64,000 bases of DNA from positions 115,134,001-115,198,000 of the forward strand of contig OZ024745.1 in the NCBI GenBank assembly GCA_964016885.1. Direction: 5' to 3'. This document shows, piece after piece, positions 62,905 through 64,000 of this stretch (position 1 is the first letter of the stretch; every line of letters starts with the position of its first letter). The position numbers and the translations under genes were made by a program. The stretch comes from Eledone cirrhosa. Lineage: Eukaryota. The notes beneath the pieces are model-generated. The model was not told the DNA's origin. It saw nothing but the letters and a program-made list of their open reading frames with translations, and did not search any database.

Positions 62905-63300
62905 CCTGTAAGGCAGTCATGCTGGTGACATGAGAAAAGAGCACCCAGTCCACTCTGTAAGGCAGTCATGCTGGTGACATGAGAAAAGAGCACCCAGTCC
63001 ACCCTGTAAGGCAGTTGTGTTGGTGACATGAGAAAAGAGCACCCAGTCCACCCTGTAAAGTAGTAGTGATGGTGACTTAAAAAAAAAAAATGCACCCAGT
63101 CCACTCTGCAAGGTGATCATGCTGGTACAGTCCACCTAGTAAGATGGTTGGCATAAGGAGAGCATCCAGCCATAGAAACCAAGCCAAAATACAAAACTGT
63201 ATGAGCAAGACATGGTAACTTGACTTGACTTGTTTCATAATGTTATAACCCATTTATTCTGTGCTAGCATGGAAACATAGATATTAAACGATGATGATGA
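62905..63300 (+). mobile_element. RTE-tail element with tandemly amplified 49-bp module
   Basis: CTGTAAGGCAGTCATGCTGGTGACATGAGAAAAGAGCACCCAGTCCACT repeated about 4 times, then GCATCCAGCCATAGAAACC...GCTAGCATGGAA...(GAT)n. Confidence 0.8.
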
Positions 63301-64000
63301 TTTAACTAAGTGTTTCACTGTCTCTGCAATCTTCCTATTTCTAAATACACAGAGCTGTTAAGTAAAACATATTTGGTGACAAGTTCTCTTCCTCTCTCAC
63401 TCCCATATACATACACACACATACATACTCACACATACATACATACATACACAGTAACAACATATGGACAAAAGTCCCACACATACATTTTAACCCTTTA
63501 TAAAATGTTTTCGCAACTCTTTGCCTCCTTCTTCCCCCCTCTCTTTCTCTTTCCTCCTTCCTTTCTTTCCTCTTTCTCTCTCCTTCTTAATCCCTCTCTC
63601 TTCCTCTTCTACTGAATGCATTTATTTTGTCGTTCACCAACATTAGAGAAGGTGTCGTGCCCCCGACACAACTAAGAGTTCTCGAAACTCTTTTGGAATG
63701 GTTTCTACAGTGAGGTGTCCTTTCTATTGATAACCACCTTACAGCATGAACTTGGTGCATTTATTGTGCTACTGTAACTAGGGAAGTTGTCATTGAGTCA
63801 ACTGAAGAACCCTCTCAACCCTACAGAGCAAGGTAGGGTGTTGACAAGTGTGGGGAGCTTTGACATTTACATTGAGATAAACATATAGCCAAACCAAACA
63901 TATAGCAAACCACACAGAAGTCAACTCTAATTGCTTTACTGTATCAATCAAGCTTTAGATGAATTAATCCAGTTCCTTCCCCACTACAAACTAACCTTAC

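Overview
AT-rich, microsatellite-dense animal genomic DNA. The repeat families (tRNA-head CORE-SINEs, Meta-domain SINEs, RTE LINEs with (TGA)n tails) suggest an octopus or other coleoid cephalopod; this is inference and no database search was run. No host protein-coding gene can be confidently identified, and there is one weak candidate terminal exon. The window is dominated by a 22.8-kb tandem array of a 32-bp unit (about 712 copies, 21132-43921) that stays in phase throughout. Its monomer matches the CORE segment of SINE copies elsewhere in this window, and it sits just downstream of a decayed SINE tRNA head, so it appears to have expanded in place inside one SINE. The window also has: a near-full-length but broken RTE LINE with a PHD-like zinc finger inside the RT; further RTE and CR1 fragments; SINEs sharing the RTE 3' tail; four Tx1/L1-clade 3' ends all embedded in (TATC)n-type microsatellites; three non-autonomous Helitron-like elements; several short elements carrying minimal hammerhead ribozyme motifs with inverted duplications (Penelope pLTR/retrozyme-like); and several minisatellites. 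Most ORFs in the supplied track are translations of simple repeats.
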